A stretch of 41,974 nucleotides of DNA from Polyangiaceae bacterium (GCA_050287085.1 JBNKBE010000022.1:58738-100711); one strand, 5' to 3'. Shown: positions 27,802 to 38,556, counted from the stretch's first letter. Program-made: numbers and translations. The notes: generated by a model not told the origin, from the letters alone.

Positions 27802-28259
27802 TGGGCACCACCCGGAAAGAGGTTCTTGGCAGCGATGATGAGATTGCCAAGATTCGCGTTCTCGGTGGCAACGATGGCTGCGCGAGCGTGCGGGTCGCTA
27901 CAGGTGACCAGCACGCCTTCGGCGCACAACAAGGCCCCAACGCGATGCTCGCCCAAGCCGAGGCTGTCCGTCGCTTGCTCCAACGCCGACAAGGCCACGT
28001 CGACCCGACGCCCCTGCAAGCGTTCCCCGCGGCCCGCGGCAACACCAAAAGCGCGCAGCAGCGCCCCGGCTCGGTCGGTGAAAAGAACCATCCGAACGTA
28101 GGGATGGGCGAGCACCTCGTGAACCACCCGTTCGTCCCAGCGCGCGGCGCCCGTCGCCGAACCGGCTGACCCGGCGCTTGCATCCTCCAGGCCCGCACTG
28201 CGATCGGCTGAAACGCCCTGCCCCGAGTCTACCGCGCGTCCGTCTACTTGGCTTACCAT
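27798..28259 (-). CDS. Roadblock/LC7 (MglB-like) domain protein
   Basis: helix-beta-beta-helix-beta-beta-beta-helix pattern: VRMVLFTDRAGALL...ATDSLGLGE...AIVATENANLGNLIIAAKNL. Start estimated at 28259. Confidence 0.55.
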   Translation of the reverse strand: MVSQVDGRAVDSGQGVSADRSAGLEDASAGSAGSATGAARWDERVVHEVLAHPYVRMVLFTDRAGALLRAFGVAAGRGERLQGRRVDVALSALEQATDSLGLGEHRVGALLCAEGVLVTCSDPHARAAIVATENANLGNLIIAAKNLFPGGAQ

Positions 28260-28703
28260 CGTAGTCCCGATGACTTTGGAGTCTAGTGCGCTCGAACACG
28301 ATTGGCCCCTCATCCGCTGCGGACCTGGTGTTTTAGGTGTGTGCCGGGGCGCTATGTAGGCCCTTGCGCCCCGGCCTAGCGTCGAGAATGAACAGTCCCC
28401 ACGAGCACACCAAGACCGAGGCCGAGCGCACACGCGTCGGCGGCGCCGCGAGTACGAGGCGCCCGCAAGGTCCCGCGCTCGCGCTTGCACCGGACCCGGC
28501 GTGTACAATCACTGCACGGCAGGCCTAATGGCCGCTCGACGACTTCGATCCCGTTGCTGTCGCGCACTGCCCGCCCTCGCCCGTGCCATGATGCGCCGCA
28601 GAGCGGGCAGGGTTGTGCACACTCGATAGAGCTGAGAGTCCTGGGCACCAAGACGGCAGGTCACCAGCGAGGGCACCCAGTCCGAGGGAAGACATCCAAG
28701 ACG

Positions 28704-31700
28704 ATGGAAGAAAAGCGGAATCCCCTGAAGAAGCTCGGCAAGTTACTACGAGACCCGACGCAGTTCCTCCTGGACAGTCCCAACATTCACCTCGCGGACT
28801 CGTTGCTTCGCGCACGAGCCGCCCGTCTCGACGGCGGGGGCGAAGGCGAGCTTGCCTACGCCTGGGGCTTCTCGGAGTGGAAGCAGGACTCGGTAAGGAA
28901 AGCCTTTCCCGAGTTCCAGCTTCGATTCTTTCGCCACCGCCAAACGCTTCTCCACGCAATTCAGGTACTTGCAGATTCGCAGGGTCTGCTGGTGGTATGG
29001 GGTTACTCGGCACCACCTGCCCTGGTACACCTCGCTCGCCTGCGAGGCATCCCGGTCTACCGCATGGAGGACGGCTTCGTACGCTCCGTGGGACTCGGCG
29101 CATCGCACGCCCTCGCTCGTTCGCTCGCCCTGGACACTTCCGGCCGTCTCTACTTCGACGCAACAGGTCCAACTCAACTCGAGAAGTACTGCAACGAGCA
29201 CGACTTCGAGGCCGACGCGGCTTTGCTCGACGAGGCGCGTCGCTGCATGGCGTTGATCCGAGAGCAGCGCATCAGCAAGTACAACAACGTCCAAGCGAGC
29301 GTGGACGTTGACGACCCGTTCGCCGCGGTCTTTCCGCGGGCCGAAAGCCGCCGGCGGGTGCTGGTGATAGGCCAAGTTGAAGACGACGCTTCCATTCGTC
29401 TCGGGCGCGCGTCGGTCCGCTCGAATCTAGAAGCCGTGCGGCAAGCCCGTAGCGACCACCCCACCGCGGATATCATCTTCAAGCCGCATCCGGACTACCT
29501 CGCTGGCCATACCCGAAGACGGGATCTTAGAGCCGACATGCGGGCCATCGAGAAGATAGCCCATGTACCAAGCACCCCGCTTCCGCTCCACCGCTGTTTT
29601 GATTGGGTAGACCAGGTCGTCACCATCACCTCCTTGTCAGGATTCGAGGCCTTGCTCTGCGGTCTGCCGGTCACGACCCTAGGCCTGCCCTTCTACGCGG
29701 GTTGGGGGCTAACGGACGACCGAGTCAGATGCTCCAGGCGGGGGCGCAAGCTGACCCTGGAGCAGCTCTTCGCGGCTGCGTACCTTCTATACCCGCGCTA
29801 CTTCGATCCCTTCACCGGCAGGCCCACGACCCTCGAAACGACCATCAGCGAGCTGGCCAAAGAACGTGACCGCTTTCGCGGAACGACAGCACTGCTGGGC
29901 GGCTTCGTCGGGTTTCGGCCACGCGCCCTAGTGTTCGGAGTTGAGCGAGAACAACAGTGTCATCTGCAAGAGATGCTCGCGGAGTACGAGCTCTTTTTTG
30001 CCGAAGATGCTCACGGCGCGAGCCTCCAACGAAACACGGCGACACAAATCCGAAGGCTTCGTTTCGAAGAGCCTTCGGCCATCATCATGGTGTGGGGCTC
30101 GCGAGAACCGCAAGGCCTAGTCGAGCTCTCGCGCCGCCTCGGGATGCGAGTATATCGGCTCAACGACGGACCCGTACGGGGGCTTGGCGCCCCCGGTGAG
30201 CTCGATGCTCAGGGAAGACCGACGTTACCCCTATCGCTCACCATCGATAGCAAAGCGCTGCCCTATGACAGTTCCCAGCAAACGGAAATCGAGGATATCC
30301 TCAATGACTTCCCCTTCGACAAGGCACCCGACCTCCTGGCGAGAGCGCAAGCCTGTCGGCAGCGGCTGCGGCTCGAACGCATAAGCAAATACAACGTAAC
30401 TCACAGTCCGAGCCTGGAAGAGGTTGCGGGACCTGAGACACGCCGGCGCGTATTGGTGATAGGCGATCGTGATGGCTCGTCCTCACAAAGACTATCAACG
30501 GGATACGCCATCACCAACAACGACGTCGTGCTGGCGGCCGTACGCGAGCATCCCGACGCCGAAGTCCTCTTCAAGCCCCATCCGGCAAGCACGTTCGGCA
30601 GCAATCAAGCTCTAACCCCCGCAGCCGTAAGCCAGGTATGCACCGTTCTACCACCGGATATCGGCTTGCCAGAAGTGCTGCCGCACGTGGACCATGTCTA
30701 TACGATTTCGTCCTTCGGCGGCCTCGAGGGCATTCTTCACGGCTTGCCCGTAACCTGCTTTGGCGCCAACTTCTATGCCGGGTGGGGCCTCACGGACGAC
30801 CGTGTCGAAACGCCCCGTCGACGCAGAACGCTCACCGTTGATGAGCTCTTCGCTGGGTACTATCTGGTCTATTCGCGCTACTACGATCCCATATCGCATC
30901 AGCGCATCGAACTTGAAGACGCACTTGAACTGTTCAAGCTCTTGCGGCTCGAACAAGCCGGCGTCGAAGACGCTCGAGTCGCGGAACACACGGAATCAAA
31001 CGCGGAACGACTCGACCTCCTGGGCCGAGCGATTGCCAAGAACCCTCACGTGGCGCGTTGGCGAGCGCTCCAAGCCCAAACCTTGCGGGACGACGGTCAA
31101 CTGGATGCCGCGGTCACCGCGTATCAGGACCTCGTTTCCCACTTTCCGCGAAGCCTGCCATGGCGACTTGACCTCCTCGAACTGCGGGTCGAACGAAACG
31201 ACGCTGTTTCGGTCTGTCAGGAGGAATACCGCCAACTGCTGTCGCTCCAGCCGGAACCGGGCGAAGCTCATATCAGCTACCTCTCCTTCCTGCGGCGGCA
31301 CGGCCTACCCTGGATGGACCAGCTCTCGCGTGCGCTTGCGGCCGCGCCCTCCTGCGCACCCGCACGACGCGTAGCGGTGGCCGACGCACTGCTCGAGGCG
31401 GGGGACCAGACGCAGGCTCACACGCTCCTAGATGGCGTGCCCACAGCCGAGATCGCTCGCTACCTGCGGGTGGCGGGACAGCAGGGTCCGAGACAGCTAA
31501 AGACGCATTCGGAACTGCTGAGGCAGTTGTCCCGTGCGGTGCGCCGGAACTTCGACTGGAGGACGCTGCTTGGATCAGGCTTTGAGCTCGTAGCCTCCGT
31601 TGACGCATGTGAACTTCCCGAACTCTCGCGCTCAGTTGTCCTTGGTGGTGAAGCGCTGCCCGGGCGTCCGCTGGTCCATGTGATGTCCGCGCCGACCGAA

Positions 31701-31910
31701 AGCACTGCCCGGCACGTCGTGCTCCTCGAGTCGGCTCTGCTGCAGCCTCACTCGAATTGGATAGGTCTGGCTTCATCCCTTAAGGCCGGCGCTCAACTGC
31801 ACGTAGTACCGTGGGCAACCGAAGTAGCACTAACCAAACAGTTGGGATGTCGGCCATCGCTGCGCATCGTGGTGAGCCAGTTCTTGCGAGATCAAGGACT
31901 CCCCGCGTAG
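28704..31910 (+). CDS. KpsC-like capsular polysaccharide biosynthesis protein (two GT107-like domains) with a TPR-like C-terminal extension
   Basis: Two repeats of (E/N)DG..RS/RG...ISKYN...FKPHP...FYAGWGLTDD. The first has GQVEDDAS. Start at 28704. Confidence 0.85.
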   Translation: MEEKRNPLKKLGKLLRDPTQFLLDSPNIHLADSLLRARAARLDGGGEGELAYAWGFSEWKQDSVRKAFPEFQLRFFRHRQTLLHAIQVLADSQGLLVVWGYSAPPALVHLARLRGIPVYRMEDGFVRSVGLGASHALARSLALDTSGRLYFDATGPTQLEKYCNEHDFEADAALLDEARRCMALIREQRISKYNNVQASVDVDDPFAAVFPRAESRRRVLVIGQVEDDASIRLGRASVRSNLEAVRQARSDHPTADIIFKPHPDYLAGHTRRRDLRADMRAIEKIAHVPSTPLPLHRCFDWVDQVVTITSLSGFEALLCGLPVTTLGLPFYAGWGLTDDRVRCSRRGRKLTLEQLFAAAYLLYPRYFDPFTGRPTTLETTISELAKERDRFRGTTALLGGFVGFRPRALVFGVEREQQCHLQEMLAEYELFFAEDAHGASLQRNTATQIRRLRFEEPSAIIMVWGSREPQGLVELSRRLGMRVYRLNDGPVRGLGAPGELDAQGRPTLPLSLTIDSKALPYDSSQQTEIEDILNDFPFDKAPDLLARAQACRQRLRLERISKYNVTHSPSLEEVAGPETRRRVLVIGDRDGSSSQRLSTGYAITNNDVVLAAVREHPDAEVLFKPHPASTFGSNQALTPAAVSQVCTVLPPDIGLPEVLPHVDHVYTISSFGGLEGILHGLPVTCFGANFYAGWGLTDDRVETPRRRRTLTVDELFAGYYLVYSRYYDPISHQRIELEDALELFKLLRLEQAGVEDARVAEHTESNAERLDLLGRAIAKNPHVARWRALQAQTLRDDGQLDAAVTAYQDLVSHFPRSLPWRLDLLELRVERNDAVSVCQEEYRQLLSLQPEPGEAHISYLSFLRRHGLPWMDQLSRALAAAPSCAPARRVAVADALLEAGDQTQAHTLLDGVPTAEIARYLRVAGQQGPRQLKTHSELLRQLSRAVRRNFDWRTLLGSGFELVASVDACELPELSRSVVLGGEALPGRPLVHVMSAPTESTARHVVLLESALLQPHSNWIGLASSLKAGAQLHVVPWATEVALTKQLGCRPSLRIVVSQFLRDQGLPA

Positions 31911-32189
31911 CGTCCGGCCGGTGTCCCGCGAGCGCGGTCGACCCTTCCGACTTGCCATTTTAATCGCGTACTCCAGACTGAACTCGCCACACGCCAGGCT
32001 CACGTCAACCCCAAATGACCAGCACAAAAGTGCATGTGGCCACAACGCTACCAGCAACGATCCCCTAGCGCCTCCATCTCCCCACGATCAGAAGAGCGGT
32101 CGAGCCCTGCAAGTCCGTAGGTCGAAAGACTGGCTCACTGAGGGGAAGTGGCGCAGTACGACAGTGTCGCATGAAATCCGGAAGACGAG

Positions 32190-34451
32190 ATGCCTGAGAA
32201 TCAGAATACCACCCCGCTACTTACCGTAATAATCTCCGTCCGTGAGAGCAGTGAGGTGAACGTGACGGAGCGCCTGAGTTGGCGCGAGCGCTACATTCGC
32301 GATGCCGTCGAACTGATCGTCGTCGACGACGGCAGCCCCGAACGACACGCCGAGTCCATCGAGTCTGCCTGCAACCGCATCGGCGCGCGCTACATTCGCC
32401 TGGAGACCCGCGATGCGCCATTCTCGCTCGCGAGGGCACGCAACGCTGGCATACGAGCGGCCACGGCCCCCAATCTCTACTTCGAGGACATCGACCTCGT
32501 GGGGACACGCGACTTCTACCAACGGCTCGTTTCGGCGGCCGAACTCCTCGAGCTCGTACCGTTCAATTTCCTTGCCATTCCGATAATGAATCTGACGGCG
32601 AATGCGTCTGCGGAACTCTTGGCGACAAGCGACTTCGAGACGACCTTCCAGAAATATATCGGTCAGCTCGGTTTTATCAACCCGGACGAGCCCAACGACA
32701 TTGTCGAAAACTTCGCTCCAGTTGGCAGCAACATACTGGTGCGCCGGAGCACCTGCTATCACGTGGGACTCTTCGACGAGTACTTCAACTTCTGGGGTGG
32801 GGAGGATCGAGAGTTCATCTTCCGACTGCTCTTTCACAACAGCAGGCTCATGCGTCCCGAGTCATTCCATGTGACCAAGCCTTGGAGAATCCATCGAACC
32901 AATGCCTATGAAGGGTGGCGCGCGGTGTATCGTCTTCACGGCGAGTGGGCGCAACGTATGGGGCTCTACGTCGCACACATTCACCATCCGAGCTATCCTT
33001 GGAAGACGCAGTACTATCGAACCGCCAACTTCAAGTATTGTGACGACAAGATCGCCGCAATTCATGGTCGCAAGATTAAGCTGCAACCGGCTCGCATCGA
33101 CTCGAATCACGGCGACCATACGGTGTTTGTGGGGAGAAATCCCACCTTCTACAACGACGACGTCATGGACGTCCTCGGAAGCGTCACCATGATCGAGCCC
33201 GCTCAGTCGGTGCCAGCCCCAGAGTTCGTCGACACAATAGTAGCTCACGAACCCACTCGGGTCGTCATTCGCAATCCCTACTCCAGCAAGTGGCTAGCGG
33301 AAGTTCAGGCCATCCTTAGACACAAGGGAATACCGTGCTTCTGCGCGGAGCGAGGCGCACTTCCGCACTCCATCTACTTCGATCCGAATGGCTTCTGCGC
33401 CGATAGCTCAAGCTACTCCGCCGAGCATTGGAAGGACGCGGTGCCCGTCGACGCCAGAGCCTACGTCGATAATCTCCGGACGACCTCCCTCTCGCTCGAG
33501 CCGCAAGGCGTTGCGCCCGTCGACACGATCCGAAAACGCCTACTCTCCAATCGGCGCACTGTCCTGGTGCTTCTGCAGAGTTTGACCGATGTCACAACCC
33601 AGCATTTTACCAAGCCACTGAAGAACTACGACGAATTCCTGTCGTTGATCAGGCGTCTCATTGCGCTCAACGAGTTCAACGTCATCGTCAAGAATCACCC
33701 GCTAAACAAATCGATGCCCATTCAGGCCGGAATCGATGGGTCACAGGTCAACGTCTACGAACTACTCCAACTGGCGGATGTGTGCGTGACTCTCAACTCC
33801 GGCGCGGGGCTGCTTGCCCTCGGGGCAGGCTGCCCCGTCGTCACGATGGGATCATGCTTCTACGCACAAGCTGGCCTCGCCGAGAGCGCAGCCTCACTCA
33901 GTGAGCTGCGAAGCGTGCTTGAACGCGCGGAAGCGCCGGAACGGTCGCCCGTCGATCGATTCTTCGGGTACCTCATCAACGACTTCTACTCGTTCGCCGA
34001 TTGGGACTACGGAGTACGGAGCCAGAGCGAGCACACCAACATGTCGCTGATGACGAACATACGATATCGTGAAATTCGCATCGCCAACCTACGAAAGACC
34101 GTCAGGAGAGGCGTGCAGCAGCGTCATTCGCTGCTCATGGATCCTTTCGCACTCTATATGTTTCTGCGCTCCAACGCGGACGGCAACGCCAGCGGTTCGC
34201 GAACCTCCCAAAGCGAGGCGACGGAGAAGGCCCCGGAGCGAACGCCCAGCAACGCCATGCCCACAAGCAAGAGGGCAAGCGTTCGCAGTATCAGGCCCGC
34301 GCCAACGCCTGTCGCGACGCCTACTTCGGTCGAGGGTCCCACAAGCGCAATCAGCGAACCACCCGCAACGGGGCCACGTCCCCGGGCGGTGGACGAACGA
34401 AAGCGCCCGCTACTGCACCCGCTAAGACAACTCCTCGGCTCTCTGCGATGA
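32190..34451 (+). CDS. GT2 glycosyltransferase fused to a KpsS/Capsule_synth-like (GT107-like) domain
   Basis: GT2: ELIVVDDGS, ARARNAG, DID, FDEYF..WGGED. C-terminal domain: ERGALP, LQSLTD, VKNHP, TLNSGAGL.AL..G.PV.TMG..FY. Confidence 0.8.
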   Translation: MPENQNTTPLLTVIISVRESSEVNVTERLSWRERYIRDAVELIVVDDGSPERHAESIESACNRIGARYIRLETRDAPFSLARARNAGIRAATAPNLYFEDIDLVGTRDFYQRLVSAAELLELVPFNFLAIPIMNLTANASAELLATSDFETTFQKYIGQLGFINPDEPNDIVENFAPVGSNILVRRSTCYHVGLFDEYFNFWGGEDREFIFRLLFHNSRLMRPESFHVTKPWRIHRTNAYEGWRAVYRLHGEWAQRMGLYVAHIHHPSYPWKTQYYRTANFKYCDDKIAAIHGRKIKLQPARIDSNHGDHTVFVGRNPTFYNDDVMDVLGSVTMIEPAQSVPAPEFVDTIVAHEPTRVVIRNPYSSKWLAEVQAILRHKGIPCFCAERGALPHSIYFDPNGFCADSSSYSAEHWKDAVPVDARAYVDNLRTTSLSLEPQGVAPVDTIRKRLLSNRRTVLVLLQSLTDVTTQHFTKPLKNYDEFLSLIRRLIALNEFNVIVKNHPLNKSMPIQAGIDGSQVNVYELLQLADVCVTLNSGAGLLALGAGCPVVTMGSCFYAQAGLAESAASLSELRSVLERAEAPERSPVDRFFGYLINDFYSFADWDYGVRSQSEHTNMSLMTNIRYREIRIANLRKTVRRGVQQRHSLLMDPFALYMFLRSNADGNASGSRTSQSEATEKAPERTPSNAMPTSKRASVRSIRPAPTPVATPTSVEGPTSAISEPPATGPRPRAVDERKRPLLHPLRQLLGSLR

Positions 34452-34621
34452 GGGCTGTGAGCGACAGGCTGTGGCTGACAGGTCCTGCTGCACGCTTCCA
34501 GCAGTAGCGCACGGCACCCATCGGTGAATGCTTCGAAGCGCAACCCGACGGCCCCGCGTGGTGTACATAGCGCCACCCGGGGCCATCTTCCCGCCGTGGA
34601 CAGGAAGGCGGCGTCACAAGG

Positions 34622-35341
34622 ATGCTCGTCGACCGCATCGAGTCTTGCCAGCCCCACCTCGGGTTTCACCGCATGGTGTCGTTTCGAATGACTTTAGCTT
34701 CACCCCTCCGAATCGTGCGCAAGATGCGGCAGGTGCTCCGCAAGCGCAACTTCTCACACGTCTCGGGCGCCGACCGCAACCATATTGAGCTTGGACTCGG
34801 TGTTAAGGTAGGGGTCGACGTTGCCCTGATGTTCCGCCAAAGCGCCTGCGGCAACCGACTTGTCATCGGCAATGACGTAACGCTGCGTCGTCTCAGGATA
34901 TCGTTCACATCGCGCGACAGTGAGATTCTCATCGAAGACGGCGTGTCCCTCGCAGGTCATCTCCAGGTCTTCGGGACGGGACGGAGCATTCGCATTGGAC
35001 GGGGGACGACCATCCGGGGTGCCACCATTCTGGCGCGCGGTGCTGACGTCAGCATCGGATCGGACTGCCTAATCTCCAGAGAGATCGAGATTCGCTCCAC
35101 GGACGTTCATAAGGTGAGGGCTCGCGCGACAAATGAGCTCTTCAATCCGCCACAGCCCGTCATCATCGGGGATCACGTGTGGATCGGCGCTCGCGCCCTA
35201 ATCTCCAAGGGCGTCGTGCTTGGCGACGGCTGTGTGGTCGGTGCAATGACCTTCGTCAATAAGCCGTTCCCGGAGCAGAACCTGATGATTGCGGGCATTC
35301 CGGCGCGCATAGTACGCCGCGATATCGTCTGGGAGAAATAG
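34622..35341 (+). CDS. Hexapeptide-repeat (LbH) O-acetyltransferase (start uncertain)
   Basis: IGSDCLIS..I.IRSTDVH, PVIIGDHVWIG...ISKGV.LGDGCVVGA, IAGIPARIVR. Confidence 0.85.
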   Translation: MLVDRIESCQPHLGFHRMVSFRMTLASPLRIVRKMRQVLRKRNFSHVSGADRNHIELGLGVKVGVDVALMFRQSACGNRLVIGNDVTLRRLRISFTSRDSEILIEDGVSLAGHLQVFGTGRSIRIGRGTTIRGATILARGADVSIGSDCLISREIEIRSTDVHKVRARATNELFNPPQPVIIGDHVWIGARALISKGVVLGDGCVVGAMTFVNKPFPEQNLMIAGIPARIVRRDIVWEK

Positions 35342-35549
35342 ACGCGAGAGCCTCGCGACGCGCCGTCAACGACTCGTCCTTCCCCCGATCGGAAGCCGCC
35401 GGCCTCGAGAAACTCGGACCGAATATCGTTCACCACGGCGCCGATCGGGGCTGGCCTCGGTCGTAGTCGGGCGCTAACGTGGACACCCTCGACGCCCGCG
35501 GCCTGTCAGCTCAGATGCGTCACCTAACTACTGAAACGCGACCCAACGG

Positions 35550-36587
35550 ATGAGCATGAAGGTAGCACTCATTACCGGCGTAACCGGTCAGGACGGCGCG
35601 TACCTAGCCGAGCTGCTGCTGGAAAAGGGCTACCGGGTGCACGGCGTCAAGCGACGCGCCTCGTCGCTCAACACCCAGCGGGTCGATCACCTCTATCAGC
35701 CGCCGACCACCGAGCATCCGCGCTTCGTGTTGCACTACGGCGACATGAGCGACGCGACCAACCTCATTCGCATCGTGCAGGAAACGCAGCCGGACGAAAT
35801 CTACAATCTCGCGGCGCAAAGCCATGTCCAGGTGAGCTTCGAAACCCCGGAGTATACGGCCAACGTGGACGCGCTCGGGACGCTGCGACTGCTGGAGGCG
35901 ATCCGCATCCTGCGCCTGGAAGACAAGACGCGCTTCTACCAAGCCTCCACGTCAGAGCTCTACGGTCAGGTACTGGAAACCCCGCAAAACGAACTGACCC
36001 CGTTCCGTCCCAGAAGCCCTTACGCTAGCGCCAAGCTCTACGCCTATTGGACCACAGTCAACTACCGCGAAGCCTACGGTCTATTCGCCTCTAACGGCAT
36101 TCTCTTCAATCACGAAGGCCCCACCCGGGGAGAAACCTTCGTCACGCGCAAGATCACCCGGGCCGTCGCAGCCATTGAACGCGGGGAACAAGCTTGCCTG
36201 TATCTGGGCAACCTCGATGCCCAGCGCGATTGGGGCCACGCCCGCGACTACGTAGCCGGCATGTGGCGCATCCTCCAACACGACTACCCTGACGACTTCG
36301 TGCTCGCTACGGGACAAATGCACACCGTGCGCGAGTTCGTGGAAGTCGCATTTCGCTGTGTGGGCCGCAGCCTCACTTGGCGTGGAAGCGGCGCAGACGA
36401 AGTGGGTGTCGACGCGCGCTCGGGGGCGGTACTGGTGGCCGTAGACCGCCGCTACCTGCGCCCAACCGAAGTCGAGCTCCTGTGCGGCGACGCCAGCAAG
36501 GCACGCCAGGCTCTCGGCTGGATGCCCGAGGTGGGGTTCGAGCAACTCGTCGAGGAGATGGTGCGCTGTGACCTCGCCGACCACTGA
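35550..36587 (+). CDS. gmd: GDP-mannose 4,6-dehydratase
   Basis: [66 protein letters not shown]. Confidence 0.97.
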   Translation: MSMKVALITGVTGQDGAYLAELLLEKGYRVHGVKRRASSLNTQRVDHLYQPPTTEHPRFVLHYGDMSDATNLIRIVQETQPDEIYNLAAQSHVQVSFETPEYTANVDALGTLRLLEAIRILRLEDKTRFYQASTSELYGQVLETPQNELTPFRPRSPYASAKLYAYWTTVNYREAYGLFASNGILFNHEGPTRGETFVTRKITRAVAAIERGEQACLYLGNLDAQRDWGHARDYVAGMWRILQHDYPDDFVLATGQMHTVREFVEVAFRCVGRSLTWRGSGADEVGVDARSGAVLVAVDRRYLRPTEVELLCGDASKARQALGWMPEVGFEQLVEEMVRCDLADH

Positions 36588-37563
36588 CTCCCACTCGCCA
36601 AGCTACGATCTCGCGGGCAAACGGATCTGGATCGCCGGTCATCGCGGCATGGTCGGCTCAGCATTGCTGCGGCGCCTGAGAGCAGAGCGCTGCAAGCTGC
36701 TGACCGTCCCCCGCGAGGAGCTCGATCTCCGCGACGCCCTGGCGGTCGATAGCTGGATGGCCCGCGAGCGGCCCCAAGTGGTCTTATTGGCCGCGGCAAA
36801 GGTCGGAGGCATTCTGGCCAACGACACCCACAAGGTCGCTTTTCTTCAAGACAACCTACAGCTCGAGCTCAGCGTCATCGCGGCCGCGGCAGCACACGGC
36901 GTGGAGCGCCTTGTCTTCCTCGGCTCCTCGTGTGTCTATCCCAAGCTAGCGCAACAACCCATCCATGAAGAGGCGCTCCTCTCTGGGCCGCTCGAGCCCA
37001 CCAACCAATGGTATGCAATCGCCAAAATCGCCGGCATCAAGCTGTGCGAGGCCTATTTTCTTGAGCGCGGGCTGCACTTCAGCAGCTTGATGCCGACCAA
37101 CCTCTACGGTCCGGGCGACAATTTCGACCCGCTGAGCAGCCACGTATTGCCCGCGCTGCTGCGTCGCATTCACGATGCCAAAGCCAGCGGACTTGCCGCC
37201 GTGACGCTCTGGGGCACAGGCGGTCCACGCCGCGAGTTCCTCCATGTCGACGATTGTGCCGACGCGGTGGTGCACGCCACACGCTTCCAAGCGGGTGGCA
37301 CGCTGCTCAACGTCGGAACGGGGCGCGATCTGACGATCGCGGAGCTCGCCGCTCTGATCGCCGACGTGGTCGGCTGGCGCGGCCGCTTCGTCTTTGACAC
37401 CTCCAAACCGGACGGCACGCCGCGCAAACAACTCGACATCGCCCAGATGTCCGCCTTGGGCTGGCGCGCGTCGATCGGACTGCGCGCAGGTATCGAACAG
37501 ACCTACGAGTGGTTTCTCGCGTCAGGCGCGAACGCGCCTTCGGGGCCTCCCCCCCAGACATAA
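36568..37563 (+). CDS. fcl: GDP-L-fucose synthase
   Basis: [58 protein letters not shown]. Overlaps gmd. Confidence 0.95.
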   Translation: MTSPTTDSHSPSYDLAGKRIWIAGHRGMVGSALLRRLRAERCKLLTVPREELDLRDALAVDSWMARERPQVVLLAAAKVGGILANDTHKVAFLQDNLQLELSVIAAAAAHGVERLVFLGSSCVYPKLAQQPIHEEALLSGPLEPTNQWYAIAKIAGIKLCEAYFLERGLHFSSLMPTNLYGPGDNFDPLSSHVLPALLRRIHDAKASGLAAVTLWGTGGPRREFLHVDDCADAVVHATRFQAGGTLLNVGTGRDLTIAELAALIADVVGWRGRFVFDTSKPDGTPRKQLDIAQMSALGWRASIGLRAGIEQTYEWFLASGANAPSGPPPQT

Positions 37564-37595
37564 AGAAGTAGCACACGGGGCCGTATCCAGTAGCA

Positions 37596-38546
37596 ATGAC
37601 TCCGCGGCTCGATCCCCTCGCTCCTCCGGTGCTGGCCGCCGACGCCGTGGCGCAAAAGATCTGGGAGCACTTTCAAGCGAACAAGCCGGAGCCAGCTTCG
37701 TTTCCGATGATGGCGTCCCGGGTCCTGGAGCTCGCCGAACGCGAAGATGTCGATGCTACGCAGCTCTCCCATGTGATCGAGCGCGACCCCGCCATCTGCA
37801 CTGCCGTGCTCGCGATGGCAAACTCCGCGGCCAATCGTGCAGTGGTACAAATTGCCAACGTCCGCGATGCCGTCTCCCGCTTGGGTCTCAGAAACGTCGC
37901 CAACGTGGCGCTCGGCGTCGCGTGCAAGAGCCTTTTCGACATGGAGCTCCGCGCGCAGCAGCAGCTCTTCGCCGGACACTGGGAGCGCCTCTTTCACGCG
38001 GCGATGACCGAAGCCTTCGCCTGCTCTTTTGTTGCGCTCAAACTGGGCCGACAGAGCTCGGATGGATACTTCATCTTGGGCCTGCTTCACGACCTCGGAA
38101 AGAGCCTCGCCCTTCGCTCACTCGCAACGCTGCTCGTAGGCGGAGCGTTCGCGCCGCTGCCCGAGAGTCAAGATCTCGACGAGCTGCTTGAGGTGCACAG
38201 CGCGGAGATCGGAGCCCTGGCGCTAGAAGCGTTCAACATGCCCGATGCGCTGTGCCAGGCCCTGCGCAAACAGGACCAACTGACCCAGCCCGGTGATCCC
38301 GACACCTGGTCGGTGCTGCGGCTCGTCTCCAATCTAAACCGCCTCCGCATGGAGACTCTCGACACCGAAAAGCCGCTGGCCCACCTGACCGCTGCCGCCG
38401 CGCTACTCAACCTGGACTCGGTCAAAGTCCTGAAGTTTGCGCAGGAGCTATGTGAACATTCAGCTCAAGTCGGCATGCTCTTTTCGACGACCGACGGCGC
38501 AGATGAGTCCGGATTTATCGACTTTCTAGAGCGGGAGCTCAGTTGA
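37596..38546 (+). CDS. Stand-alone HDOD-domain protein
   Basis: IERDPAI...VL.MANSA, VRDAVSRLG, GLLHDLGK, H.EIGA....FNMP. Confidence 0.85.
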   Translation: MTPRLDPLAPPVLAADAVAQKIWEHFQANKPEPASFPMMASRVLELAEREDVDATQLSHVIERDPAICTAVLAMANSAANRAVVQIANVRDAVSRLGLRNVANVALGVACKSLFDMELRAQQQLFAGHWERLFHAAMTEAFACSFVALKLGRQSSDGYFILGLLHDLGKSLALRSLATLLVGGAFAPLPESQDLDELLEVHSAEIGALALEAFNMPDALCQALRKQDQLTQPGDPDTWSVLRLVSNLNRLRMETLDTEKPLAHLTAAAALLNLDSVKVLKFAQELCEHSAQVGMLFSTTDGADESGFIDFLERELS

Positions 38547-38556
38547 TCCGGCTCGA

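Noticed and set aside
28260..28703. ops/JUMPstart element upstream of the capsule-like genes
   Set aside because: No GGCGGTAG-type motif was found by eye here or in the 31911-32189 spacer.
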